DNA of 64,000 bases from contig NC_042997.1 of assembly GCF_006345805.1 (NCBI RefSeq), positions 204,228,001 through 204,292,000 on the forward strand, read 5' to 3'. Positions 26,501-41,600 of this stretch are shown here, piece after piece. Within the stretch, counting starts at the first letter, position 1; the number at the start of each line of letters is the position of its first letter. Under the pieces are notes generated by a model, which did no database searches, was not told where the DNA came from, and saw only the letters and a program-made list of their open reading frames with translations. The translations under genes were made by a program, and so were the position numbers. Source of the DNA: Octopus sinensis. Lineage: Eukaryota.

Positions 26501-28652
26501 TTTTGATTTGTTTTGATTTTGATTTTCACTTGCCTCAACAGGTCTTCACAAGTGTCACAAGAAGGAAGGTATGCACAGGTGGACTGACTACGTCCCAGGT
26601 AGGGGCCATGGGTTATGGCCTGACTAGTCATGCCGGGTCTTCGGATGGTGTTTTTATGTGCCACCGACACAGGTGCTAGATGAGGCTGGCGAATGGCCAC
26701 GATCGGATGGTGTTTGTCATGTGCCCACAGCACGGAGGCCAGTCGATGCGGTACTGGCTACGGCCACTTTCGGATGGTTTTCTCTTGTGTGCCACCGGCA
26801 CTGGTACCATAAAGATACAAATTCCATTGATGTTCATCTATTTTAAATGTATATAAATGTATTGTATGTATATATGTACATGTATGTATATATATGTATT
26901 GTATCTGTATATGTGTATGTATAAATCTATATATATATGTATGTGATTTATTACTTTAAATAATTAGGGAAAACGAATTTCCAAATCAATCAGGTATAAC
27001 CCCTTAGCATTGCATGTACCTGCATATCATACAGTGGGGTCTTGATTATCATATATTTATATATTTTTCTAGAAATATACAAAATATAATGATTAAAAAT
27101 ATTTTTGACAGTTTTTTTTTTACTCCCCTCACACAAAGTATGTCCAAAGTTCAATTTTTAAAACCATGGCAGGTCAGAGTTCATGAGCAAATAGACTTCC
27201 ACAAGGTCAATTCAAAGACATCGATAGCCATTTCGGGAATTTATGTTTGTTCTATGATCAATGTTCTTTATCTCCGTCTCATTTACATTTGAGCACTTCT
27301 CTTTTGCAGTTCTATAAACCCTTTTGTTTCCATAAAAAGAGACAAATATTATTTCTTGTCGTATATGTATATGTATGGGTTTGTGAGTTGCACATATATA
27401 TATTTATATATATATATCATCATCGTCATCATCATCGTCGTTTAACGTCCGTTCTCCATGCTAGCATGGGTTGGACGGTTCGACCGGGGTTCTGGGAAGC
27501 CAGAAGGCTGCACCAGGCTCCAGTCTAATTTGGCAATGTTTCTACAGCTGGATGCCCTTCCTAACGCCAACCACTCCGTGAGTGTAGTGGGTGCTTTTTA
27601 CGTGCCACCTGCACAGGTGCCAGGCGGGGCTGGCAACGGCCACGGTCAGATTGGTGTATTTTATGTGCCACCGGCACGGAAGCCAGTCGAGGCGGTGCTG
27701 GCATCGGCCACGAGTCGGATAGTGCTTTTTACGTACCCCCAGACCAGGGATCCTGGCTGGTTCAATTCGATTTCGATTTCGCTTGCCCCAACATGTCTTC
27801 ACAAGCAAAGGGGGTTGGCAAGGGTGCCTGTCGTACGGTCGCATTGGAGTATTTTACGTGCCACGGCCACGAGTCGGATGGTGCTTTTTACGTACACCAG
27901 ACCAGGGATCCTGGCTGGTCAATTCGATTTCGATTTCGCTTGCCCCAACATGTCTTCACAAGCAAAGGAGGTTGGCATGGGTGCCTGTCGTACGGTCGCA
28001 TTGGAGTATTTTACGTGCCACGGCCACGAGTCGGATAGTGCTTTTTACGTACCACCAGGCCAGGGATCCTGGCTGGTTCAATTCGGTTTCGCTTGCCCCA
28101 ACATGTCTTCACAAGCAAAGGAGGTTGGCATGGGTGCCTGTCGTACGGTCGCATTGGAGTATTTTACGTGCCACGGCACGAGTCGGATAGTGCTTTTTAC
28201 GTACCACCAGCCAGGGATCCTGGCTGGTTCAATTCGGTTTCGATTTCGCTTGCCCCAACATGTCTTCGCAAGCATGGGGGGTTGGCATGGGTGTCTGTCG
28301 TCGGATGAGGTTCTATATCGACTTCGCTTGCCTCAGCCGGTCTTTGTGTCCAAGGGAGGAAAGGCATTCATAAGTGGGCTGGGCTCACTTGTCCTGCCTG
28401 GTCTTCTCACGTACAGAGAAAATTTCCAAGGTCTCGGTCTCTGGTCATTTCCTCAGTGAGGCCTAAAGTTCGAAGGTCGTGCTTCACCACCTCGTCCAGG
28501 TTTTCCTGGGTCTACCTCTCCCACGGGTTCCCTCAACTGCTAGGGATTGGCACTTTCTCACACACCTATCTTCATCCATTCTCGCCACATGACCATACCA
28601 GCGCAATCGTCTCTCTTGCACACCACAACTGATGCTTATTTGCATATGTATG

Positions 28653-28683
<31 letters not shown>

Positions 28684-29661
28684 GCATATGTATGTATATG
28701 TATATATATATAAATATATATATATATATGCATATGTATGTATATGTATATATATATAAATATATATATATATATGCATATGTATGTATATGTATATATA
28801 TATAAATATATATATGATGATGATGATGTATATTATATATATATATATATATATGTAGACGATTGCGATGGTATGGTCATGTGGCGAGAATGGATGAAGA
28901 TAGGTGTGTGAGAAAGTGCCAATCCCTAGCAGTTGAGGGAACCCGTGGAAGAGGTAGACCCAGGAAAACCTGGGACGAGGTGGTGAAGCACGACCTTCGA
29001 ACATTAGGTCTCACCATGGAAATGACCAGAGACCGAGACCTATGGAAGTATGCTGTGCGTGAGAAGACCCGGCAAGACTAGTGAAGCCATAACCCGTGGC
29101 CCCTACCTGGGGCGTAGTCAGTCCGCCTGTGCATACCTTCCTGCTTGTGACACTTGTGAAGACCTGTTGAGGCAAGTCAAATCAAAGTCAAATCGAATCA
29201 AGTCAAACCAAATCAAAATAGATGAACATCAATGGAATTTGTATCCTTGTGGTACCAGTGCCGGTGGCACATAAGAAAACCATCCGAACGGGACCGTAGC
29301 CAGTACCGCATCGACTGGCCTCCGTGCTGTGGGCACGGAGCAAACACCATCCGAGCGTGGCCGTCTGCCAGCCTCGTCTGGCACCTGTGTCGGTGGCACA
29401 TAAAAACACCATCCGAGCGTGGCTGTCTGCCAGCCTCGTCTGGCACCTGTGTCGGTGGCACATAAAATCACCCACTACACTCTCGGAGTGGTTGGCGTTA
29501 GGAAGGGCATCCAGCTGTAGAAACACTGCCAGATCTGACTGGCCTGGTGCAGCCTTCGGGCTCCCCAGACCCCAGTTGAACCGTCCAACCCATGCTAGCA
29601 TGGAAAGCGGACGTTAAACGACGATGATGATGATGATGATATATGCATATGTATGTATATG

Positions 29662-29692
<31 letters not shown>

Positions 29693-32600
29693 GCATATGT
29701 ATGTATATGTATATATATATAAATATATATATATATATGTATATGTATTTATGTATGTATATATATGTATATGTATATTTATATATGTATATATAGATGT
29801 ATGTATATGTATATATACGTATGTGTGTATATATATATACAAAATGAGAAAATGGAGAAATATATCTAAATCAATCATCAACTGTCAGATAATACCGAAT
29901 CATATACTTCATTAAAACACTACACAATAGCAATGAGGTTAGACATTAATACAGATATAAATTTTTATATCTTGTTATGTTTATTTAGTTATATCTCACC
30001 ATATTGTTTGTAATTATTGTACTGTATTAATGTCTAACCTCATTGCTATTGTGTAGTGTTTTAATGAAGTATATGAATCGGTATTATCTGATAGTTGATG
30101 ATTGATTTAGATATATTTCTCCATTTTCTCATTTTGTATTATTAATTTATGGTAAAAATAATTTTACCTTTGCCCACCTAATACAGTAAATGAATTAATT
30201 GCATCGCAATTTTTAACATTTATGTATTAGCTTTGTTGGGTACTTCTCTAGCAGTATATTGGATATATATTATCCCATGAGGGTTGAATTTACAACCCCT
30301 ATCTCATTTTATATATATATATATATATAAATATATATATATGTATAATGTATATTTATATTTATATTGGCTTCCATGCCGGTGGCAAGTAAAAATGCTG
30401 GTGGTACATGAAAAATCATTCAAGCGAGGTCATTGCTATGGCCGCTGGACTGGCTCCTGTGAAGGTGGCATTTAAAAAACACCATTTGAGCGTGGCCATT
30501 GCCAGTACCGCCTTACTGGCCCTCATGCCAGTCGTATGTAAAACCACCTACTACAACAGGGGTCGCCACCACCCCCTCCCGGATCTTCATGGAGCTTTAG
30601 GTATTTTCGCTCAATAAACACACACAACGCCCGATCTGGGAATTGAAACCGCGATCCTCCGACTGCGAGTCTGCTGCCCTAACCATTGGGCCTCCTCTCA
30701 CAGCTGCTGCTGGTGCCACATGAAAAGCATCCTGTACACTCTGGATAGTGGTCAGCAACAAGAAGGGCATCCAGCCATAGAAACAATTCCAAAGAAGACA
30801 GTAGAGTTTGGTGCAGGCTTCTGACTTGACAGTTCCTATCAAAATGTTCGACCAGTGCCAGCATGGAAAGAGGACTTTAAATGATGATGATGATGACATC
30901 TGCAATGAAAAAGAAAAGAAAAACCATTTAGGTAGATTCAAAATAAAATAATGCTAGAACATAAACAATAATGGCAGTGTGGTAAGAAGTTTGTTTCCCA
31001 ACCACCTGGTTCGAGGTTCAGTTCCACTGCAAGGCACTTTGGGTGAGTGTCTTCTATAATAGCTTTTGGCTGACCAAAGCTTTGTGAGTGGATTTGGTAG
31101 ACAGAAACTAAAAGAAGTTCATCACCATCATCATCATCGTTTAATGTCTGCTTTCTGTGCTGGCATGGGTTGGATGGTTTGACTTAGGATTGGCAAGCCA
31201 GGAGGCTGCACCAAGCTCCAATCTGATGTGGCAAGGTTTCTACAGCTGGATGCCCTTCCTAATGCCAACCACTCTGAGAGTGTAGTGGGTGCTTTTTACG
31301 TGCCACCGGCATGGGGACCAATCAGGCGGCACTGCTATCGGCCACATACGAACAGTGATTTTTACATGCCACCAGCACAGGAGCCAGTCAGGCAGCACTG
31401 GCATCGGCCACACTCGAATGGTGATTTTTACGTGTCATGTGTAAAAAGATTCAAGCGAGGTCGTTGCCAGTACCGTGTGACTGGTCCCCGTGCCGGTGGC
31501 ATATAAAAAGCACCCACTACACTCTTGGAGTGGTTGGCGTTAGGAAGGGCATCCAGCTGTAGAAACACTGCCAGATCAAGATTGGAGCCTGGTGCAGCCA
31601 TCTGGTTCGCCAGCCCTCAGTCAAAATTGTCCAACCCATGCTAGCATGGAAAGCGGACGTTAAACGATGATGATGATGATGATAATGATGATGATGTTGG
31701 TAGCTCAGAAAACGTACCACTTCATCTATCAGCCAAGCAGAGGCTACCCTTACATCTGGCAACAATTTCTGTGACGCAAACGGAATATTTTTTCAGTTCG
31801 ATCCATTTTGTGCCAAAGGTCAGTCAATGAAAAAACAAGATTACAAGTTTTTGTTATAAATTTTTGCCCTTCTAGAGTTTTTTTGTTTGGCCTATCTATG
31901 TCACCGCTGAAAGACTTAAATGGGTCAGTTGTGTGACACCAGTATCGACTACAGTTATCATCTCACTTGACTTGCCAAGTCTTCTCAAGTACAGCATATC
32001 TCCAAAAGTCTCGGTTGCTTGTCATTGCCTCTGTGAGGCCTAACATTTGAAGGTCATGCTTCACCACCTCATCCCATGTGTTCCTGAGTTACCTCTTCCA
32101 CAGGTTCCTTCAACTGTTAGGGTGTGACACTTCTTCACACAGCTGTCCTCATCCATAAGCATTAAATGACCATACTAGCACAGTCGGCTCTCTTGCATAC
32201 CACATCTGATGCTTCTTATGTCCAACTGTTCTCTCAGGATGCTTACATACACTCTGTCATACATGCATACTGACATTACACATCTAGCAGAGCATACTAG
32301 CTTCATTTCTTTCAAGCCTATGCATGTCCTCAGCAGTCACAGCCCATGTTTTACTGCCGTGTAACATGGCTGTTCACACACATGCTTCATACGATCTACC
32401 TTTTGCTCTGAGCGAGAGGCCCTCCGTCACCAGCAGAGGTAGGAGCTCTCTGAACTTTGCCCAGGCTATTCTTATTCTATACATAAATGTGTGTGAGAGA
32501 GATTTGTGTCTGTTTGTTACCTACCATCTGAAATATTGAGATAACAAGTTATCTACTTCATGGTTAGATAAAAATCACAGTTTATACTAACTGCTGTCCC

Positions 32601-35600
32601 CCCCCCCCCCGTGTTTGTTCAGTCAACACACCACTCCTCAGCTTTACCCCTCCCCCCCTCCCACAGTACCTGCTTCTACTATTGCTTCCTGCACCTAAGT
32701 TAAAATTATTAAATGTTTGCAGAAGATATGTTTAACAATGAGACTTCAAAGTTAACAGTTATTATTAATATCAAATTATGTTTCAACTCTAGGAATAGAG
32801 TTTAAATCCTCTTGTTTGGTGCCTGTTTAGTATATCAGCTGTACACGCCTTCAAAGCACACACACCTACCTACTCATGTAGTGGGAGGATATTCTTGAGT
32901 GTGAATGTAAAGACAGAAGAATAAAATATTTCTCTGATTGTTTTGTACAAAAGGTGGTGGTCACATGATATTCAATGCCATAGTGTATATATATATATAT
33001 ACAATATTTACAGTGTATATGTATATACACATATATTTACAGTGTATATGTATATATACATATATACAGTGTATATGTATATATACATATATTTACAGTG
33101 TATATGTATATATACATATATTTACAGTGTATATGTATATACACATATATTACAGTGTATATGTATATATACATATATTTACAGTGTATATGTATATATA
33201 CATATATTTACAGTGTATATGTATATATACATATATTTACAGTGTATATGTATATATACATATATTTACAGTGTATATGTATATTACACATATATTTACA
33301 GTGTATATGTATATATATACATATATTTACAGTGTATATGTATATATACATATATTTACAGTGTATATGTATATACACATATATTTACAGTGTATATGTA
33401 TATATACATATATTTACAGTGTATATGTATATATACATATATTTACAGTGTATATGCATATACACATATATTTACAGTGTATATGTATATATACATATAT
33501 TTACAGTGTATATGTATATACACATATATTTACAGTGTATAGTATATATACATATATTACAGTGTATATGTATATACACATATATTTACAGTGTATATGT
33601 ATATATACATATATTTACAGTGTATATGTATATACACATATATTTACAGTGTATATGTATATACACATATATTTACAGTGTATATGTATATACACATATA
33701 TTTACAGTGTATATGTATATATACATATATTTACAGTGTATATGTATATACACATATATTTACAGTGTATATGTATATACACATATATTTACAGTGTATA
33801 TGTATATACACATATATTTACAGTGTATATGTATATATACATATATTTACAGTGTATATGTATATACACATATATTTACAGTGTATATGTATATACACAT
33901 ATATTTACAGTGTATATGCATATAACATATATTTACAGTGTATATGTATATACACATATATTTACAGTGTATATGCATATACATATATTTACAGTGTATA
34001 TGTATATACACATATATTTACAGTGTATATGTATATATACATATATTTACAGTGTATATGTATATACACATATATTTACAGTGTATATGTTATACACACT
34101 ATATTTACAGTGTATATGTATATATACATATATTTACAGTGTATATGTATATACACATATTTTACAGTGTATATGCATATATACATATATTTACAGTGTA
34201 TATGCATATATACATATTAACAGTGTATATGTATATACACATATATTTACAGTGTATATGTATATATACATATATTTACAGTGTATATGTATATACACAT
34301 ATATTTACAGTGTATATGTATATATACATATATTTACAGTGTATATGTATATACACATATATTTACAGTGTATATGTATATATCACATATTTTACAGTGT
34401 ATATGTATATATACATATTTTACAGTGTATATGTATATATACATATATTTACAGTGTATATGTATATATACATATATTCAGTGTATATGTATATATACAT
34501 ATATTTACAGTGTATATGTATATACACATATATTTACAGTGTATATGTATATATACATATATTTACAGTGTATATGTATATACACATATATTTACAGTGT
34601 ATATGTATATATACATATATTTACAGTGTATATGTATACACATATATTTACAGTGTATATGTATATATACATATAATTTACAGTGTATATGTATATATAC
34701 ATATATTTACAGTGTATATGTATATACACATATATTTACAGTGTATATGTATATATACATATATTTACAGTGTATATGTATATATACATATATTTACAGT
34801 GTATATGTATATACATATATTTACAGTGTATATGTATATACACATATATTTACAGTGTATATGTATATATACATATATTTACGGTATATGTATATATATA
34901 CATATATTTACAGTGTATATGTATATATACATATATTTACAGTGTATATGTATATATACATATATTACAGTGTATATGTATATATACATATATTTACAGT
35001 GTATATGTATATATACATATATTCAGTGTATATGTGTATAAACACATATATTTACAGTGTTATGATATATATATACATATATTTACAGTGTATATGTATA
35101 TATACATATATTTACAGTGTATATGTATATATACATATATTTACAGTGTAATTGTATATACACATATATTTACAGTGTATATGTATATATACATATTTTA
35201 CAGTGTATATGTATATATACATATATTACAGTGTATATGTATATATACATATATTTACAGTGTATATGTATATACACATATATTTACAGTGTATATGTAT
35301 ATATACATATATTTACAGTGTATATGTATATACACATATATTTACAGTGTATATGTATATATACATATATTTACAGTGTATATGTATATATACATATATT
35401 TACAGTGTATATGTATATACACATATATTTACAGTGTATATGTATATATACATATATTTACAGTGTATATGTATATACACATATATTTACAGTGTATATG
35501 TATATATACATTGAAGACCTGTTGAGGCAAGTGACACTTGTGAAGACCTGTTGAGGCAAGTGAAAATCAAATCAAATCAAAACAAATCAAAATAGATGAA

Positions 35601-38600
35601 CATAAATGGAATTTGTATCTTGTGGTACCAGTGCCGGTGGCACACAGAAAATCATCCGAACGTGGCCGTAGCCAGTACCGCATAGACTGGCCTCCGTGCT
35701 TTGGGGACGTAACAAACACCATCCGATCGTGGCCGTCCGCCAGCCTCATCTGGCACCTGTGTCGGTGGCACATAAAAACAAACATCCGAGCGTGGCCGTC
35801 TGCCAGCCTCGTCTGGCACCTGCCAGCCTCATCTGGCCCTGTGTCGGTGGCACATAAAAACAAACCATCCCGAGCGTGGCCGTCTGCCAGCCTCGTCTGG
35901 CACCTGTGTCGGTGGCACATAAAAACACCATCCGAGCGTGGCCGTTCGCCAGCCTCGTCTGGCACCTGTGTCGGTGGCACATAAAATCACCCACTACACT
36001 CTCGGAGTGGTTGGCGTTAGGAAGGGCATCCAGCTGTAGAAACACTGCCAGATCTGACTGGCCTGGTGCAGCCTTCGGGCTCCCCAGACCCCAGTTGAAA
36101 ACCGTCCAACCCATGCTAGCATGGAAACGGACGCTAAATGATGATGATGATGATGATGATGATTTACAGTATATATGTATATACACATATATTTACAGTG
36201 TATATGCATATACACATATATTTACAGTGTATATGCATATACACATATATTTACAGTGTATATGTATATACACATATATTTACAGTGTATATGCATATAC
36301 ACATATATTTACAGTGTATATGTATATATACATATATTTACAGTGTATATGTATATACACATATATTTACAGTGTATATGTATATATATACATATATTTA
36401 CAGTGTATATGTATATATACATATATTTACAGTGTATATATATGTATATACATATATTTACAGTGTATATGTATAATATACATATATTTACAGTGTATAT
36501 GTATATATACATATATTTACAGTGTATATCTATATATACATATATTTACAGTGTATATGTATATATACATATATTTACAGTGTATATGTATATACACATA
36601 TATTTACAGTGTATATGTATATATACATATATTACAGTGTATATGTATATATACATATATTTACAGTGTATATGTATATACACATATATTTACAGTGTAT
36701 ATGTATATATACATATATTTACAGTGTATATGTATATATACATATATTTACAGTGTATATGTATATATACATATATTTACAGTGTATATGTATATACACA
36801 TATATTTACAGTGTATATGTATATATACATATATTTACAGTGTATATGTATATATACATATATTTACAGTGTATATGTATATACACATATATTTACAGTG
36901 TATATGTATATATACATATATTTACAGTGTATATGTATATACACATATATTTACAGTGTATATGTATATATACATATATTTACAGTGTATATGTATATAC
37001 ACATATATTTACAGTGTATATGCATATACACATATATTTACAGTGTATATGCATATACACATATATTTACAGTGTATATGTATATACACACATATTTACA
37101 GTGTATATGCATATACACATATATTTACAGTGTATATGCATATATACATATATTTACAGTGTATATGCATATATACATATATTTACAGTGTATATGTATA
37201 TATACATATATTTACAGTGTATATGTATATATACATATATTTACAGTGTATATGTATATACACATATATTTACAGTGTATATGTATATACACATATATTT
37301 ACAGTGTATATGTATATATACATATATTTACAGTGTATATGTATATATACATATATTTACAGTGTATATGTATATATACATATATTTACAATGTATATGT
37401 ATATACACATATATTTACAGTGTATATGTATATACACATATATTTACAGTGTATATGTATATATACATATATTTACAGTGTATATGTATATATACATATA
37501 TTTACAGTGTATATGTATATATACATATATTTACAGTGTATATGTATATACACATATATTTACAGTGTATATGTATATACACATATATTTACAGTGTATA
37601 TGTATATATACATATATTTACAGTGTATATGTATATACACATATATTTACAGTGTATATGTATATATACATATATTTACAGTGTATATGTATATATACAT
37701 ATTTACAGTGTATAATGTATATATACATATATTTACAGTGTATATGTATATATACATATATTTACAGTGTATATGTATATATACATATATTTACAGTGTA
37801 TATGTTATACACATATATTTACAGTGTATATGTATATATACATATATTTACAGTGTATATGTATATACACATATATTTACAGTGTATATGTATATTACTA
37901 TATTTTACAGTGTATATGTATATACACATATATTTACAGTGTATATGCATATACACATATATTTACAGTATATGCATATACACATATATTTACAGTGTAT
38001 ATGTATATACACATATATTTACAGTGTATATGCATATACACATATATTTACAGTGTATATGTATATATACATATATTTACAGTGTATATGTATATATACA
38101 TATAGTTACAGTGTATATGTATATACACATATATTTACAGTGTATATGTATATATATACATATATTTACAGTGTATATGTATATATACATATATTTACAG
38201 TGTATATGTATATATACATATATTTACAGTGTATATGTATATATACATATATTTACAGTGTATATGTATATACACATATATTTACAGTGTATATGTATAT
38301 ATACATATATTTACAGTGTATATGTATATATACATATATTTACAGTGTATATGTATATACACATATATTTACAGTGTATATGTATATATACATATATTTA
38401 CAGTGTATATGTATATATACATATATTTACAGTGTATATGTATATATACATATATTTACAGTGTATATGTATATACACATATATTTACAGTGTATATGTA
38501 TATATACATATATTTACAGTGTATATGTATATATACATATATTTACAGTGTATATGTATATACACATTATTTACAGTGTATATGTATATATACATATATT

Positions 38601-41600
38601 TACAGTGTATATGTATATACACATATATTTACAGTGTATATGTATATATACATATATTTACAGTGTATATGTATATACACATATATTTACAGTATATATG
38701 CATATACACATATATTTACAGTGTATATGCATATACACATATATTTACAGTGTATATGTATATACACATATATTTACAGTGTATATGCATATACACATAT
38801 ATTTACAGTGTATATGCATATATACATATATTTACAGTGTATATGCATATATACATATATTTACAGTGTATATGTATATATACATATATTTACAGTGTAT
38901 ATGTATATATACATATATTTACAGTGTATATGTATATATACATATATTTACAGTGTATATGTATATACACATATATTTACAGTGTATATGTATATATACA
39001 TATATTTACAGTGTATATGTATATATACATATTTTCAGTCACACACACACATATATCTATCTGCCTGTGGAGTTAATAGAGGGGTACCTCCGGGTAGATT
39101 GACGTGTACCCGGGTCAATAATTGATCGAATATATGATGTAATTTTATAAATCATCATCATCATCATCATTATTTAGCATCTATATTCCATGCTGGCATG
39201 GGTTGGACAGTTTGAATGGGCTGGTACACTGGAAGGCTGCACCAGGCTCCAGTCTGATTTGACATGGCTTCCTATGGCTGGATGCCCTTCCTAACGCCAA
39301 CCACTCTGAGAGTGTAATAGGTGCTTTTATGTGCCATTTGCATGACCCCAGTATCTGCCACAACTGCAATTTTGCTCAGCTTCATGGGTCTTCTTCCCAA
39401 GCATGACGTAATGCCAAAGGTCTTGGTCATTGCCTCCATGAGGCCCAACACTTGAAAGGAACTCAGCCACCTTGCCTTCATGGGACCCAACACTTGAATG
39501 GAAGATCATTTGTCATATTTAAGCAAAATGTTTTTCTCTTTATATCATCATCATCATCATCATTTAATGTCCATTTTCCATGCTGACATGGGTTGGATGA
39601 TTTGACAGGAGCTGGCAAACTGGAAAACAACACCAGACTCCAATTGTCTGGTTTGGCATGGTTTCTACTGCTGGATGCCCTTCCTAATGTCAACCACTTT
39701 ACAGAGTGTACTGCGTGCTTTTTATGTGGGACTGGCTCCAATAATTTATACATGGCACCAGCAAGAGTGCTCTTTACATAGAACAAAAGAAAATTATTCG
39801 GTGTGTAAAATGCTTTTCTCTTCAGTTTTTGTGTTAATTCATTAAGTATTGTCTCATTACTAGAACCGCTCTTTTAATTAACTTTTTTAATATAGTCTAA
39901 TTATTGAAGCATGTCTCTTAATTGTAGATGTTTGCTGGAGTTATTCAAGCAAGTGGAACTGCCAGACACCAGAGTTTTGTGGAGAAATGTAAAAAATTTG
40001 AAGTAAGTGTATATGTCACTTTATATCAGTGCCATCATCATCATCATCATCACTTAACGTCCGCTTTCCATGCTGGCATGAGTTGGATGGTTTGACCAGG
40101 GCTGGCAAGCTGGAAGGCAGCACCAGACTCCAGTCTGATTTGGTATGGTTTATACAGCTGGATGCCTTTCCTAATGCCAACCACTCTGGGAGTGTAATAG
40201 GTGCTTTTATGTGCCACTGGCATGGGTGCCATTTGTGTGACACTGCCATGACTGTGGCTTGATGGGTCTTCTTCTCAAGCATGGCATAATGCCAAATAGA
40301 CTCGGCCGTTGCCTCCGTGAGGCCCAATGCTCAAAGACCGGCATAATGCTAAATGGTCTTGGTCCTTGTCTTCATGAAGCTCAATGCTCAAAAGGTGCTT
40401 CTACATGCCACTGGCACGGGTGCCATTTATGTGACACCAGTATCTGCCACAACTGTGGTTTTGCTCAGCTTGATGGGTCTTCTTCTCAAGCACAATATAA
40501 TGCCAAAGGTGTTAGTCATTGCCTCTGTGAGGCCCAAAGTCCAGAGATCATGCTTCACCACCTCATCCCATGTCTTCCTGGTCTAACTCTGCTACAGGTT
40601 CCTGCCATAGTTAGGGATTGGCACTTCTTTGCACAGCTGTCACAGTGTATATGAAAAATATAAAATCCTCACCACCACCACTACCATCATTGTCATCATC
40701 ATCACCACCACCACCCAACCCCACCGCACTCCCACCACCATCATTATTATCCTCCTCCTCATCATCATCATCACTATCAAATTTGCTTGGCTCAGGGGGA
40801 AATTTCTTAAATTCTAAAAGTTAGGTGTTTAGTTGGTGCCCTCATGAGAGGAAATATAAGTTGGAGACATGGAACTCTCCATTTGCTGACTAGTGAACAG
40901 AAGCCATACATAAATTGGCCCTTTTCAGATACATCTAGAACTTGTCAAAAGGGGTTTTTGTTTTCAAGAATTTCATTTCTGGGTTTTATTTCACAACCTT
41001 GCTGACGAAGACTGTATTCTTACCTTCATTAATAAAGAGTTTATGTACCTCCAGTCAGCAGGTCTGAGAGCCTAAGAGATGTGAAACTAATGGTAATTTT
41101 CTAACCAGCTATAGCCCAAAACCACATTAATAACATACATACATCCATCCATCCATCATGCATGTGATTAGCAGCTGTCCTAAAATTTCATCATGTTACT
41201 ACTTCCCTAAGCAGCATAATGTTGTTGCTAAAACAATTTACAATACCATCCACAAAAAAGACTGTCCCAAAATAAACTTAGAAAATCCCTCTGTTATTGA
41301 ATACATTCATAAACACCAACTCAAGGAATACTGGTGGAATATTCCCATCAAAACTTCTGTCAAATGTAAGCGTAACAGACTAGATTTTGTCGTTTGGGGC
41401 AGAGGGGCAAAGGTATGTACCATCATAGAGGTCAGCTGCCCTGCAGATATAAATATCTCTTTGAAAATCAAAGATAAAGAGGATATCTATGGACAACTGC
41501 TTTGAAACCTCCAGCTTCTATATCTAGACTATGAATTCATATTCATACCAATAATAATTGGAGCACTAGATTTTGTTAATAAATGCTTAAAGGAGAATCT

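Noticed and set aside
23464-29915. YIYIY, HTHT and HHHH ORFs, and recurring MLAWVGRFD.../[11 protein letters not shown]... ORFs
   Set aside because: They come from (TA)n, (CA)n and (CAT)n microsatellites and from the antisense or off-frame RTE 3' UTR; they recur with each repeat copy and contain random stops.
32938-39125. Very long Tyr/Ile/Cys-rich ORFs (737, 975 and 1066 aa)
   Set aside because: They are translations of the 29-bp minisatellite, which has no stop codon on the + strand; the 29-aa periodicity and openness in all three frames mark them as artefacts.
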